Positions 16,186 to 23,369 of a stretch of DNA of 24,000 nucleotides are shown one piece after another. The notes below the pieces were generated by a model. It searched no databases. It saw only the letters and a list, made by a program, of their open reading frames with translations, and had not been told where the DNA came from. Source of the stretch: Acinetobacter phage Ac42; sequence record HM032710.1. One strand, given 5' to 3'. Position numbers and translations under genes: made by a program. Numbering within the stretch: position 1 is the first letter of the stretch; every line of letters starts with the position of its first letter.

Positions 16186-16214
16186 ATAATACTCTGTACA
16201 GAGGTACATGTAAA
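16186..16214 (-). promoter_or_regulatory. T4-type early promoter TTTACA-N17-TATTAT
   Basis: Minus strand AGTTTACATGTACCTCTGTACAGAGTATTATG. Confidence 0.75.
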
Positions 16215-16378
16215 CTCTAATATGATCAAAAAATAGACGTTTGAACTTAAGTGACCTAAGCTTTAATTTTATAAATGGTATAATGCCTATAATGCCAATT
16301 AAACTGGTGGGTATTGCCTGGAAGGGGAAGAATGGTAATAAGTAATGTGAAACTCGCGCAGCGATAATCGATACTAAA

Positions 16379-16400
16379 AAGGAGAGCAATTGCTCTCCTT
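16379..16400 (-). terminator. Rho-independent terminator after small membrane-protein gene
   Basis: Perfect palindrome AAGGAGAGCAATTGCTCTCCTT followed by T-run on minus strand. Confidence 0.75.
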
Positions 16401-16405
16401 AATTG

Positions 16406-16552
16406 TTACTGCATCATTAACAGCATTTTGATTAACTCTGTAAGAGCACCCATAGGGTCTTCAGAATTGTACATCATTACGCCGGCACCCGCGGCCACTA
16501 GAGCCCAGATACCGACTGCTTTTTGGTTAGTCTTAAGTTTTAATTTTTTCAT
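16406..16552 (-). CDS. small putative membrane protein MKKLKLKTNQKAVGIWALVAAGAGVMMYNSEDPMGALTELIKMLLMMQ
   Basis: 48 aa ORF not in track; AAGGAG RBS, basic N-terminus then hydrophobic AVGIWALVAAGAGVMMY, terminator right after the stop. Confidence 0.72.
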   Translation of the reverse strand: MKKLKLKTNQKAVGIWALVAAGAGVMMYNSEDPMGALTELIKMLLMMQ

Positions 16553-16576
16553 TGCAGGTCTCCTTAATTACCTGCA
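16553..16576 (-). promoter_or_regulatory. translation-initiation hairpin: TGCAGGT-AATTAAGGAG-ACCTGCA-ATG
   Basis: 7-bp perfect stem with the Shine-Dalgarno in the loop, abutting the start codon. Confidence 0.6.
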
Positions 16577-16587
16577 AATATTTATGC

Positions 16588-17163
16588 TTATCTTGATTCG
16601 ACAAAAGTTTCTGTGTCAAATGTAATAGTATCTTGATCACTAACCAAGAATGATTGATGTACGTAATTAAGACCATCAGCTGGTTTAGGCAGTTGCATAA
16701 TCATGTTAAAAGAACTACCAACTACTTCGCCAATTAGGCCGGATTTAAGCAAAGATACACGTTCCACTGATTTAGGCAAATCAAATTCCCATTCACCAAA
16801 GCTAGTACGGATTTTAACATGATTCGTTAAATAACCAAATACAATACCATGTGTTGGTGCAGAAATCATGATTTCGTCTTTTCCATCAATCTCGTATAAG
16901 TACGTATTCCAATGATTTTTGAGATAGTAAACGTGCCCTTCAAACGTCCCAATAAATCTGCATTGCTCCCCTGGAGCGGCTTCCCAAAAGAAGTCATTAA
17001 TCTGTGGCTTCTTTGAAAATTGACGAATCTCGCCATCCTGGTCAACAGCAATATACTTGGCGTCATTTGATACCCAGAATTGTGAGCAGGTCCCGAAAGC
17101 ATTGATTAATATTGGACGTACATCTTGTGAAAAACGGACAACTGGTCTTAGTGTGAAACTCAT
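16588..17163 (-). CDS. hypothetical protein (MSFTLRPVVRFSQDVR...)
   Basis: 191 aa, CCAGAGG-type RBS upstream of ATG 17163. Confidence 0.78.
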   Translation of the reverse strand: MSFTLRPVVRFSQDVRPILINAFGTCSQFWVSNDAKYIAVDQDGEIRQFSKKPQINDFFWEAAPGEQCRFIGTFEGHVYYLKNHWNTYLYEIDGKDEIMISAPTHGIVFGYLTNHVKIRTSFGEWEFDLPKSVERVSLLKSGLIGEVVGSSFNMIMQLPKPADGLNYVHQSFLVSDQDTITFDTETFVESR

Positions 17164-17375
17164 AGTTCTGACTCCTCTGGAATACAAATAAGAAATAACC
17201 ACAATAAAATACTAAATAGCGCCCATAAGCCTAGTCCGGCTTCTTGTGATAAGAATAGGTCCATAGAATAAAACACTAATGACGCTACTCCAGTCATAAA
17301 CATTCCGAAGAAAGCAGAAATTCCTGTAACAACAATAGTATGGCCTAAAGATGGCTTCCAAACAATCATTTCCAC
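17160..17375 (-). CDS. putative small membrane protein
   Basis: 71 aa with two hydrophobic segments; ATGA overlap. Confidence 0.7.
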   Translation of the reverse strand: MEMIVWKPSLGHTIVVTGISAFFGMFMTGVASLVFYSMDLFLSQEAGLGLWALFSILLWLFLICIPEESEL

Positions 17376-17746
17376 TCCGCCTTATAGTCTAATCGAACTT
17401 GGTATGCACAATCGTCATCATGAAGATCTAACACATGAAGGGCTTTAGACGCCTCAATCGGGCAATAAAATGTTTCAACCTCTTCAAAGTCTTCGTAGTC
17501 GACTTTGCCAAGAATGTATTTAGGCGTGATGTGAAGAGAAACTTTGTCATGGACTTCTTCGACATACCCTATCAAATCTTCAGACGTAATAGGTACTGCA
17601 CTGCCCCGGCGATAAATCGGCTTATCGTAAAGACTTGTTACTTTACCAGTACGGTCGTCAATTAAAAAAATATTGTGAGTACGAAGGACACAAAATATTC
17701 CATACGGTAAATGTTCACCTACATCGAGTTTTAATTTATATTGCAT
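17366..17746 (-). CDS. hypothetical protein
   Basis: 126 aa, TTGAGGAAC RBS. Confidence 0.78.
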   Translation of the reverse strand: MQYKLKLDVGEHLPYGIFCVLRTHNIFLIDDRTGKVTSLYDKPIYRRGSAVPITSEDLIGYVEEVHDKVSLHITPKYILGKVDYEDFEEVETFYCPIEASKALHVLDLHDDDCAYQVRLDYKAEWK

Positions 17747-17760
17747 TTTGAGTTCCTCAA

Positions 17761-17785
17761 AGACTGGGGACTATGTCCCCAGTCT
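17761..17785 (-). terminator. strong hairpin between genes, possible terminator or processing site
   Basis: AGACTGGGGAC-ATA-GTCCCCAGTCT, only three following T, immediately upstream of the next RBS. Confidence 0.5.
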
Positions 17786-17790
17786 AGTTA

Positions 17791-18012
17791 TTAATCAGAT
17801 TCGATTTCAGAGCTGTCGATGTAATCCATAAGAACACAAATAAGATTGTTATAATCCCCAGTTTTGCACTCATCAAGAACTTTGTAGATGTCCTCTTTAG
17901 ACCAACCTTGACGTTGCGCAGAGTGCTTAAAAGCACCCATTAAAGTGAATGCATTACCATCAAGACCAACTAAAGTCATTTTAACAGTTTTTGCTGGAGT
18001 AAATAAGTTCAT
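17791..18012 (-). CDS. conserved phage protein of unknown function (MNLFTPAKTVKMTLVGLDGNAFTLMGAFKHSAQRQGW...)
   Basis: 73 aa; GAGGAAA RBS before ATG 18012; promoter and leader hairpin upstream. Confidence 0.82.
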   Translation of the reverse strand: MNLFTPAKTVKMTLVGLDGNAFTLMGAFKHSAQRQGWSKEDIYKVLDECKTGDYNNLICVLMDYIDSSEIESD

Positions 18013-18030
18013 AAAGATTTCCTCAATTTT

Positions 18031-18051
18031 CAAATCAAGACATTTGATTTG
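18031..18051 (-). promoter_or_regulatory. 5'-leader hairpin CAAATC-AAATGTCTT-GATTTG
   Basis: Between promoter 18060-18088 and RBS; same architecture at 18431, 19327, 20865. Confidence 0.6.
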
Positions 18052-18059
18052 ATACACCC

Positions 18060-18088
18060 ATTATAACAATAGGTGTATCGCTTGTAAA
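18060..18088 (-). promoter_or_regulatory. T4-type early promoter TTTACA-N17-TATAAT
   Basis: -10 lies in the loop of GATACACC/GGTGTATC. Confidence 0.82.
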
Positions 18089-18091
18089 CTA

Positions 18092-18412
18092 TTAATGTAA
18101 TAATTTTACTTTAAATTTTGATTTTAATAGATTGACTGCTTCTTCAATCATATCAAAACCACCTTCTTCAATTTGATCACCGAATTCGATTTGATTAGTT
18201 TCTGTATTGAATGTCCACATAACACACATATAGATAATCTCATCAATCTCAGAATCTTCATACTCATAAATTGTGTAGCCAGTAGTTTCTACTTGCTCAG
18301 CTCGATTTACAAGTGAAAATCGGAAATAACTCTCAACGATTTTCACTTCGATAGAAGAGAATTCTTCTTGTAAAGCTGCAACTAAGTTAATGCGAGTAGG
18401 TAATAAGCTCAT
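18092..18412 (-). CDS. hypothetical protein (MSLLPTRINLV...)
   Basis: 106 aa from ATG 18412 with TTGAGGAACACAAA; track N-terminus overlaps leader/promoter. Confidence 0.75.
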   Translation of the reverse strand: MSLLPTRINLVAALQEEFSSIEVKIVESYFRFSLVNRAEQVETTGYTIYEYEDSEIDEIIYMCVMWTFNTETNQIEFGDQIEEGGFDMIEEAVNLLKSKFKVKLLH

Positions 18413-18430
18413 TTTGTGTTCCTCAATTTT

Positions 18431-18450
18431 CAAATCCGTTATTAGATTTG
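18431..18450 (-). promoter_or_regulatory. 5'-leader hairpin CAAATC-TAATAACG-GATTTG
   Basis: Same module as 19327-19346. Confidence 0.6.
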
Positions 18451-18458
18451 ATAAAGTT

Positions 18459-18487
18459 ATAATACTAAAAATATCAGTACTTGTAAA
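18459..18487 (-). promoter_or_regulatory. T4-type early promoter TTTACA-N17-TATTAT
   Basis: Minus strand GGTTTACAAGTACTGATATTTTTAGTATTATAAC. Confidence 0.78.
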
Positions 18488-18490
18488 CCC

Positions 18491-18516
18491 AAAAAGTGTC
18501 CATATGGACACTTTTT
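18491..18516 (-). terminator. Rho-independent terminator
   Basis: AAAAAGTGTCC-ATAT-GGACACTTTTT, 11-bp stem. Confidence 0.85.
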
Positions 18517-18527
18517 AATCAAGAGAT

Positions 18528-18941
18528 TTATTCTTTCTTTGGAAATGCCGTTGAGAATAAAATCACACCTGCAACTGCACCACCACCGACAATTATAACA
18601 AACCAAGTAAACCATACTATTATCATAGAAAACACCCAAACAATCGATTCGTCTTCTTGGGCCGTTTTAATAAGTTTAGAGTCTTTACCAATGATAGTTC
18701 TGTCAAACGTGGATTTTGCGACAGGGACGTTTTGATCACCAAAGACTAAGATATACTCATCGCACGAATAACGATCGTACTTACCACAAGAATACGTTTG
18801 GTGATATTTTTCTGTAACAATACCATCAGCGATGATTTGTTCGTATGTTTTTGGCTTATCAAAAAAGTAGAAGTAATGACTTCCACCAAAGACTACAATT
18901 GCAATAACTGCGATAATACAACGTGCGATAATTTTATACAT
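18528..18941 (-). CDS. putative membrane protein with two hydrophobic segments
   Basis: MYKIIARCIIAVIAIVVFGGSHYFYFF ... VWVFSMIIVWFTWFVIIVGGGAVAGVILF; start 18941 chosen over 19046. Confidence 0.75.
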   Translation of the reverse strand: MYKIIARCIIAVIAIVVFGGSHYFYFFDKPKTYEQIIADGIVTEKYHQTYSCGKYDRYSCDEYILVFGDQNVPVAKSTFDRTIIGKDSKLIKTAQEDESIVWVFSMIIVWFTWFVIIVGGGAVAGVILFSTAFPKKE

Positions 18942-18963
18942 TTTAAATTCCTCAAAGAAGGTC

Positions 18964-19308
18964 TTAAAGACCTTCAACTCCAATTGCTTGTGAGAATCGG
19001 AAGTTTGCATAATCTTCCAAATCGTTGATTTCAGTAAAGAATTCAAAGTCAGGATTCACTTCTTGATCAAATTCGTTTTGATCTACAATGTCAGCGTTAT
19101 CAAACAAATTACACTCTTCATATTCGTTAAAAGCTGGCTTTTCGATACGATTGATTAGGTATTCTTCCTCAAACGTAGAGTAAGAAAGAACAACAAAGAA
19201 TTCTGGGAATTCATGGATTTGACAAATTTCAACGCTAGGATTTTTGCAGTCAACGTGATCTTTAAAGAAGTTTGGAATGATTGATTTAAGTTTGTTTAAT
19301 GTACGCAT
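18964..19308 (-). CDS. hypothetical acidic protein (MRTLNKLKSIIPNFFKD...)
   Basis: 114 aa; TTGAGGAACACAAA RBS at 19308. Confidence 0.75.
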   Translation of the reverse strand: MRTLNKLKSIIPNFFKDHVDCKNPSVEICQIHEFPEFFVVLSYSTFEEEYLINRIEKPAFNEYEECNLFDNADIVDQNEFDQEVNPDFEFFTEINDLEDYANFRFSQAIGVEGL

Positions 19309-19326
19309 TTTGTGTTCCTCAATTTT

Positions 19327-19346
19327 CAAATCCGTTATTAGATTTG
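19327..19346 (-). promoter_or_regulatory. 5'-leader hairpin CAAATC-TAATAACG-GATTTG
   Basis: Repeat of the leader at 18431-18450. Confidence 0.6.
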
Positions 19347-19354
19347 ATAAGCCT

Positions 19355-19383
19355 ATAATACTAAATTCTTGCGGGCTTGTAAA
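19355..19383 (-). promoter_or_regulatory. T4-type early promoter TTTACA-N17-TATTAT
   Basis: Minus strand TGTTTACAAGCCCGCAAGAATTTAGTATTATAGGC. Confidence 0.78.
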
Positions 19384-19392
19384 CAGTTATTT

Positions 19393-19878
19393 TCACTTAT
19401 ATGAAAGAATTCCAATAAAATATTTTCGTCCAGAAATCATAAGGACTCCGGGAATTGGTTTTAGCTTTCCAGTAAGTGCAATTGAAGATTCTGGTTTTTC
19501 ACTGATATTATGTTTAGTGAAATAGTTTTCGCTTGATTGAGCTTCTTTTACGTCAGCAAACTTAGAAAGAATTACTTCTTTGGCCTTTTCTAATGTCTCG
19601 TATACCCCGACAACAAAAGCACTAGTTTCCCAATCATCTTCTTGCGCCATCACGACATGACGTCTTGTGGTCGCTGATTGTATCGTACATGGTACACAGA
19701 GGTCTACCTGTTGCGGACTAAGCATTATTGGTGATTGTTCATCAATCATAATAGGCATTGAATCCTGGTCGTAACAGGTGCCATCATACGCTATATAAAA
19801 ATAGTCATACCCTTTTAGAATAGAAAGAACCTCGTCTGTCGGGGTACCAAATACTCGAGCAATTTTACAATTTTTCAT
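19393..19878 (-). CDS. hypothetical protein
   Basis: 161 aa ORF on the coding strand. Confidence 0.75.
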   Translation of the reverse strand: MKNCKIARVFGTPTDEVLSILKGYDYFYIAYDGTCYDQDSMPIMIDEQSPIMLSPQQVDLCVPCTIQSATTRRHVVMAQEDDWETSAFVVGVYETLEKAKEVILSKFADVKEAQSSENYFTKHNISEKPESSIALTGKLKPIPGVLMISGRKYFIGILSYK

Positions 19879-19896
19879 AGCAAGTTTCCAGTCATT

Positions 19897-20085
19897 TTAA
19901 CTTTTAATACACATGCAATTACAATAGAAATTACAGTCCAAAGCAGTGCGTGCAAACAAGAATCGATCATGCCACGTATCAGGTTTACTTGAACGTTCGG
20001 CTGCAACAGAACCAAGAACAGCCAATAAGAGAAAGAATAAAATATTGAATACAAACATTCCAGTCATTATTTGATCATACGACAT
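19897..20085 (-). CDS. small putative membrane protein (MSYDQIMTGMFVFNILFFLLLAVLGSVAAE...)
   Basis: 62 aa with one hydrophobic helix; start overlaps the upstream stop region. Confidence 0.65.
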   Translation of the reverse strand: MSYDQIMTGMFVFNILFFLLLAVLGSVAAERSSKPDTWHDRFLFARTALDCNFYCNCMCIKS

Positions 20086-20086
20086 T

Positions 20087-20404
20087 TTAGTTGTCCTCAC
20101 CAATATAGATTAATTCAAGGTCATACGACCAGCCTGTATTGTCAGCAGACCGGCTGAATTTAAGAGAGCCTTTAAGTGCTAAAGATTTTAAAGTAGACGC
20201 ATCCAGCGTCATATCTTTAAAGAATAGCTCTACTGTGGGCTTTAAAATCTGTGGCAATTGTACCGGTCTTGTAAGGTCAGAAGGCTTATAAGATAAATGA
20301 AATTTTGACACACTTGTGCTTGTATCAATGACTACATCCATCGCTGTATGATGAATAGATAAGAACTTCATTTTTGTCGAAAGGACTGCAACTAAAGTAC
20401 CCAT
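20087..20404 (-). CDS. hypothetical protein
   Basis: 105 aa; CGAGGAA RBS. Confidence 0.75.
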   Translation of the reverse strand: MGTLVAVLSTKMKFLSIHHTAMDVVIDTSTSVSKFHLSYKPSDLTRPVQLPQILKPTVELFFKDMTLDASTLKSLALKGSLKFSRSADNTGWSYDLELIYIGEDN

Positions 20405-20450
20405 TTTAAATTCCTCGATTGGTGGACCTCTTTCGAGGTCCTATTTTTAA

Positions 20451-20846
20451 TTAAACTTTATCAAACTGTACATCGAAGAAAACATTTTTATATGATTCGT
20501 CATATAAGTAAGTTGCTCGAAACTGTTCTTTAAAAAATGTTACTGTGAATCCTTTACCTTTTTGATCAATGAATTCCACAATTGCATGTTGAGAAGATTG
20601 AGTACGAACATAACCACCTTGGCGTTTTAAGAAACTAATCATTTCGTCAAACTTATTCTGAATTTTTTCTGACTTAACGCTTGTGCAGTCCATTGGAGAA
20701 AGCTGAACGTAAGTAGGAATACGACGAATAAGTTTACCAGAACCATCACGCATTGGACGAAAGTTACCATCTAATGCTTCAACTTTAACGGTTGCTTTAG
20801 GAAATTCTGTGTTGAATAATTTTTTAGCTTCAGTAATTTTTAACAT
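20451..20846 (-). CDS. hypothetical protein (MLKITEAKKLFNTEFPKATVKVEALDGN...)
   Basis: 131 aa; TTGAGGAATACATC before ATG 20846. Confidence 0.78.
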   Translation of the reverse strand: MLKITEAKKLFNTEFPKATVKVEALDGNFRPMRDGSGKLIRRIPTYVQLSPMDCTSVKSEKIQNKFDEMISFLKRQGGYVRTQSSQHAIVEFIDQKGKGFTVTFFKEQFRATYLYDESYKNVFFDVQFDKV

Positions 20847-20864
20847 GATGTATTCCTCAATTTC

Positions 20865-20885
20865 CAAATCAAGACATTTGATTTG
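20865..20885 (-). promoter_or_regulatory. 5'-leader hairpin CAAATC-AAATGTCTT-GATTTG
   Basis: Repeat of the leader at 18031-18051. Confidence 0.6.
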
Positions 20886-20893
20886 ATAAGCCT

Positions 20894-20922
20894 ATAATAC
20901 TAAATTCTTATAGGCTTGTAAA
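20894..20922 (-). promoter_or_regulatory. T4-type early promoter TTTACA-N17-TATTAT overlapping a 10-bp inverted repeat
   Basis: AAGCCTATAA(20888-20897) / TTATAGGCTT(20908-20917). Confidence 0.78.
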
Positions 20923-20925
20923 CAG

Positions 20926-21240
20926 TTATTTTCGTTTTTTATAGGTAATTTTTTCAAGACGATGACGTGCTAGCCAAAGCAAATGATCTTGATATTTTTT
21001 AGGACATTTGTCAAACAAGTGTCCGCGATGCCCATTAAAGTTTTTATGGTATACTAATAAAGCACTATCAGTACCTAAATCAATCAATTCAACTTTCTGT
21101 CCAGCCATGCCAATATCACGGTCAATCAAATAAGGTAAAGGAATACCATATTTAGAAACTACTGCCGAAACTGGTATAGCAGTAAACTTGTTATGGTGCT
21201 TTCGCTTTGCATGTTTTAATTTGCGTTGTTTAGAGTTCAT
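20926..21240 (-). CDS. hypothetical basic protein
   Basis: 104 aa ORF. Confidence 0.75.
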   Translation of the reverse strand: MNSKQRKLKHAKRKHHNKFTAIPVSAVVSKYGIPLPYLIDRDIGMAGQKVELIDLGTDSALLVYHKNFNGHRGHLFDKCPKKYQDHLLWLARHRLEKITYKKRK

Positions 21241-21546
21241 TTACTTGTACACCTTTGAGAATAGTTTATGGTTTAGCTGTTTTGTGAAAAAGTATACGAA
21301 CTCAAGCTTGTTTTTAAACTCGCACGGGATTCGTAAGAATAAACCTTTTCGCAGAAGCCCTTTAATCGGGGTGTTAATATCCAAATCGCCTTCTGTGATT
21401 TCAAACATCCAAATATCTTCAGTTTGTTGGATACGCGCACCAAGCGGAGAACCAGTACTTGCTGTATTAAGACAAGTACCAGAAAAACAAGCTGGTTGAT
21501 GGCTCGGCTTTTTTGAACCATCACGATAAATTAATACGTCTTTCAT
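21241..21546 (-). CDS. hypothetical protein
   Basis: 101 aa ORF overlapping 4 nt with 21543-21839. Confidence 0.75.
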   Translation of the reverse strand: MKDVLIYRDGSKKPSHQPACFSGTCLNTASTGSPLGARIQQTEDIWMFEITEGDLDINTPIKGLLRKGLFLRIPCEFKNKLEFVYFFTKQLNHKLFSKVYK

Positions 21547-21839
21547 TTCACTTCCTTCTTAACTTTTTTCCAAAGAGCTTTAAAGTCATCAACATCGTCT
21601 TTGTCGACAATCCAAGAACATCCAGTACCCCAAGAATATTCTGCGCAGTCGTCAGAGCATTCTTGTTTCCAAGTGATGTCTTTACCAGCACCGTTTGCAC
21701 CGTAAACAGTAGAACCAATTGCAACATCAAGACGTTCAATAAGCTTAGCTTCATCTTCGTTACCTTGGATTTGGAAGATAACTTTGTTGCGAAGGTTTTT
21801 GTATTCAGCAGATTGATTGTTTAATTTTGCAAGTTTCAT
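21543..21839 (-). CDS. hypothetical protein
   Basis: 98 aa ORF directly downstream of early promoter. Confidence 0.78.
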   Translation of the reverse strand: MKLAKLNNQSAEYKNLRNKVIFQIQGNEDEAKLIERLDVAIGSTVYGANGAGKDITWKQECSDDCAEYSWGTGCSWIVDKDDVDDFKALWKKVKKEVK

Positions 21840-21871
21840 GATGTATTACTCAGTACGTTGTTGATAATGCT

Positions 21872-21900
21872 ATAATACTAAAAAAGGAGAGCATTGTAAA
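21872..21900 (-). promoter_or_regulatory. T4-type early promoter TTTACA-N17-TATTAT
   Basis: Third copy of the terminator/promoter fusion. Confidence 0.78.
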
Positions 21901-21910
21901 TACTCTCCTT
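21884..21910 (-). terminator. terminator with promoter -35 in loop
   Basis: AAGGAGAG-TATTTACAATG-CTCTCCTTTTTT. Confidence 0.78.
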
Positions 21911-21923
21911 AAAAATAATTAAA

Positions 21924-22748
21924 TTATTTTTTGCGAACCATCATGTAGTCATAACCAATAGTAATATGCTTGTCGTCTAATTCATATACAGCAACCGATG
22001 AATTAGAAGCTTTTGTAGTCCGAGCACCCAAATGTTCGATTTCAGATTTGAGTTTATTTTTTGAAATAATGTCGGAAGACGCAAATCGAAGCTTTGCAAA
22101 ATCTTCTTCGCCGGTAACAGAATATTTAACGTTAGCGCTTTTAGCAATTCCACTCAACCAATCACCAATATTTCCTTTTGACTTAGTAGTCGCTTTGGAA
22201 ACTTTATCCACTGCTTTTACTACTGGCTGACTAGATGAAGTTTTAGCTTCTGACTCACCAGGCATTTGGATTTGATTTGATTGAACATTGTTTGCATTCC
22301 ACTTACGGACTGCAGCTTCATTAGTAGTAAACAATTTTTGAACAGCTGGGACTATAATTTTCTTTAGTCGAAGCCAAGCAGCACTGCTTTCTGTAGCGGT
22401 TTTGACGTCTTTGTCTAATACCGGATACGTGTGCTTATTACGATTAATAGAACGACCATTGCGATATGACCACAACTTAGCTTGTACAAATTCGCTTTCC
22501 ACGCCTTCGATAAAGACCATACTATTTCCAATACGAACACCGATAATGTTAGGACGCTCAATTGTTTCAATATTTGGATATTTAGACGATCCTTGACCAG
22601 CCATTGCCATAGCTAAAAAACGTTGACCTGCCATTTCTAAAATAACTGCTGGTGAATCGGATTCACCACCTGAAGTATATGGTCCAATATACTTTACTTT
22701 TGTAGCCTTAGCTTTAATCGATTCGTATAGCGTAGTAAAGTTTTCCAT
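21924..22748 (-). CDS. hypothetical protein, two-domain with Ser/Lys-rich linker
   Basis: 274 aa, linker around GESEAKTSSSQPVVKAVDKVSKATTKSKG. Confidence 0.8.
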   Translation of the reverse strand: MENFTTLYESIKAKATKVKYIGPYTSGGESDSPAVILEMAGQRFLAMAMAGQGSSKYPNIETIERPNIIGVRIGNSMVFIEGVESEFVQAKLWSYRNGRSINRNKHTYPVLDKDVKTATESSAAWLRLKKIIVPAVQKLFTTNEAAVRKWNANNVQSNQIQMPGESEAKTSSSQPVVKAVDKVSKATTKSKGNIGDWLSGIAKSANVKYSVTGEEDFAKLRFASSDIISKNKLKSEIEHLGARTTKASNSSVAVYELDDKHITIGYDYMMVRKK

Positions 22749-22797
22749 TATGTTTCCTAAATGTAGAGTAAATTAAGCTGTATTTATTAAAACAAAA

Positions 22798-22824
22798 CTA
22801 TCAGATTTGTAAATAGTCTGATAG
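22798..22824 (-). terminator. Rho-independent terminator
   Basis: CTATCAGA-CTATTTACAAA-TCTGATAG then TTTTGTTTT on minus strand; loop also contains TTTACA. Confidence 0.7.
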
Positions 22825-22853
22825 TTTTCTCGTCTACTTTTTAATCAATTTGA

Positions 22854-23369
22854 TCATAATACGTCCTTTAAGAACTGACCGGATTGAAGAACAATTTTAT
22901 TTGGAGTTGGGTCTTGCTCACATGAGTCAATAAATTGATCCCATTTATCTTGCATTAGTTGAATAAACCCAGGAGCATTTCCACGCTTAGTATAACGTTC
23001 AATATATTCTTCTTTCAAAGATCGATCTGGGTAAACTAGTGTGTATGCTAAACCACGTTCATGCATTGCTGCTCGAACATTGTCATGACTAGACACTAAT
23101 GCGAGGAAGCCATCTAAAACGTTATTCTGGAGAGTTTTGACCATCCAATTAATGTAATTATCTGGGAACTCTGATTTATCGTATGTAGACGAATCAGAAT
23201 CAAATACAGCCGGTGTCCCGACTGGGCGTACCATTCGATATACAGCATAACCATCGACAGTCATTGGATAGAGACCGTAGTCATAGCCATTCTTGTGAAT
23301 TGTCGACTTTCCTGTTCCCGGAAAGGCAGAAATAAACCCGCGCGATTTAAGTTTCATAATATTTGTCAT
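22854..23369 (-). CDS. P-loop nucleotide kinase-like phage protein
   Basis: Walker A AFPGTGKST near the N-terminus; DSDSS, VSSHDNVRAAM, YTLVYPDRSLKEEYIERYTKRGN typical of phage P-loop kinase-like proteins. Start 23369 or 23357. Confidence 0.78.
   Translation of the reverse strand: MTNIMKLKSRGFISAFPGTGKSTIHKNGYDYGLYPMTVDGYAVYRMVRPVGTPAVFDSDSSTYDKSEFPDNYINWMVKTLQNNVLDGFLALVSSHDNVRAAMHERGLAYTLVYPDRSLKEEYIERYTKRGNAPGFIQLMQDKWDQFIDSCEQDPTPNKIVLQSGQFLKDVL

Noticed and set aside
16171-16389. 72-aa hydrophobic ORF MLSFLVSIIAARVSHYLLPFF...
   Set aside because: Starts with TTG inside the terminator hairpin and runs through an early promoter; not supported as coding.
18413-18511. N-terminal extension MSIWTLFGFTSTDIFSIITLSNLITDLKIEEHK
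   Set aside because: Translates through terminator, promoter and leader hairpin; the leader-encoded 'KIEEHKM' also recurs before 19308 as a by-product of repeated leader DNA.
18457-18639. Minus-strand 60-aa ORF and plus-strand ORF 18496-18735
   Set aside because: Overlap the membrane protein gene 18528-18941, the terminator and the promoter; low-complexity hydrophobic translation without RBS.
21273-21524. Overlapping alternate-frame ORFs 21273-21524 and 21548-21754
   Set aside because: Nested in other frames of better placed ORFs 21241-21546 and 21543-21839.
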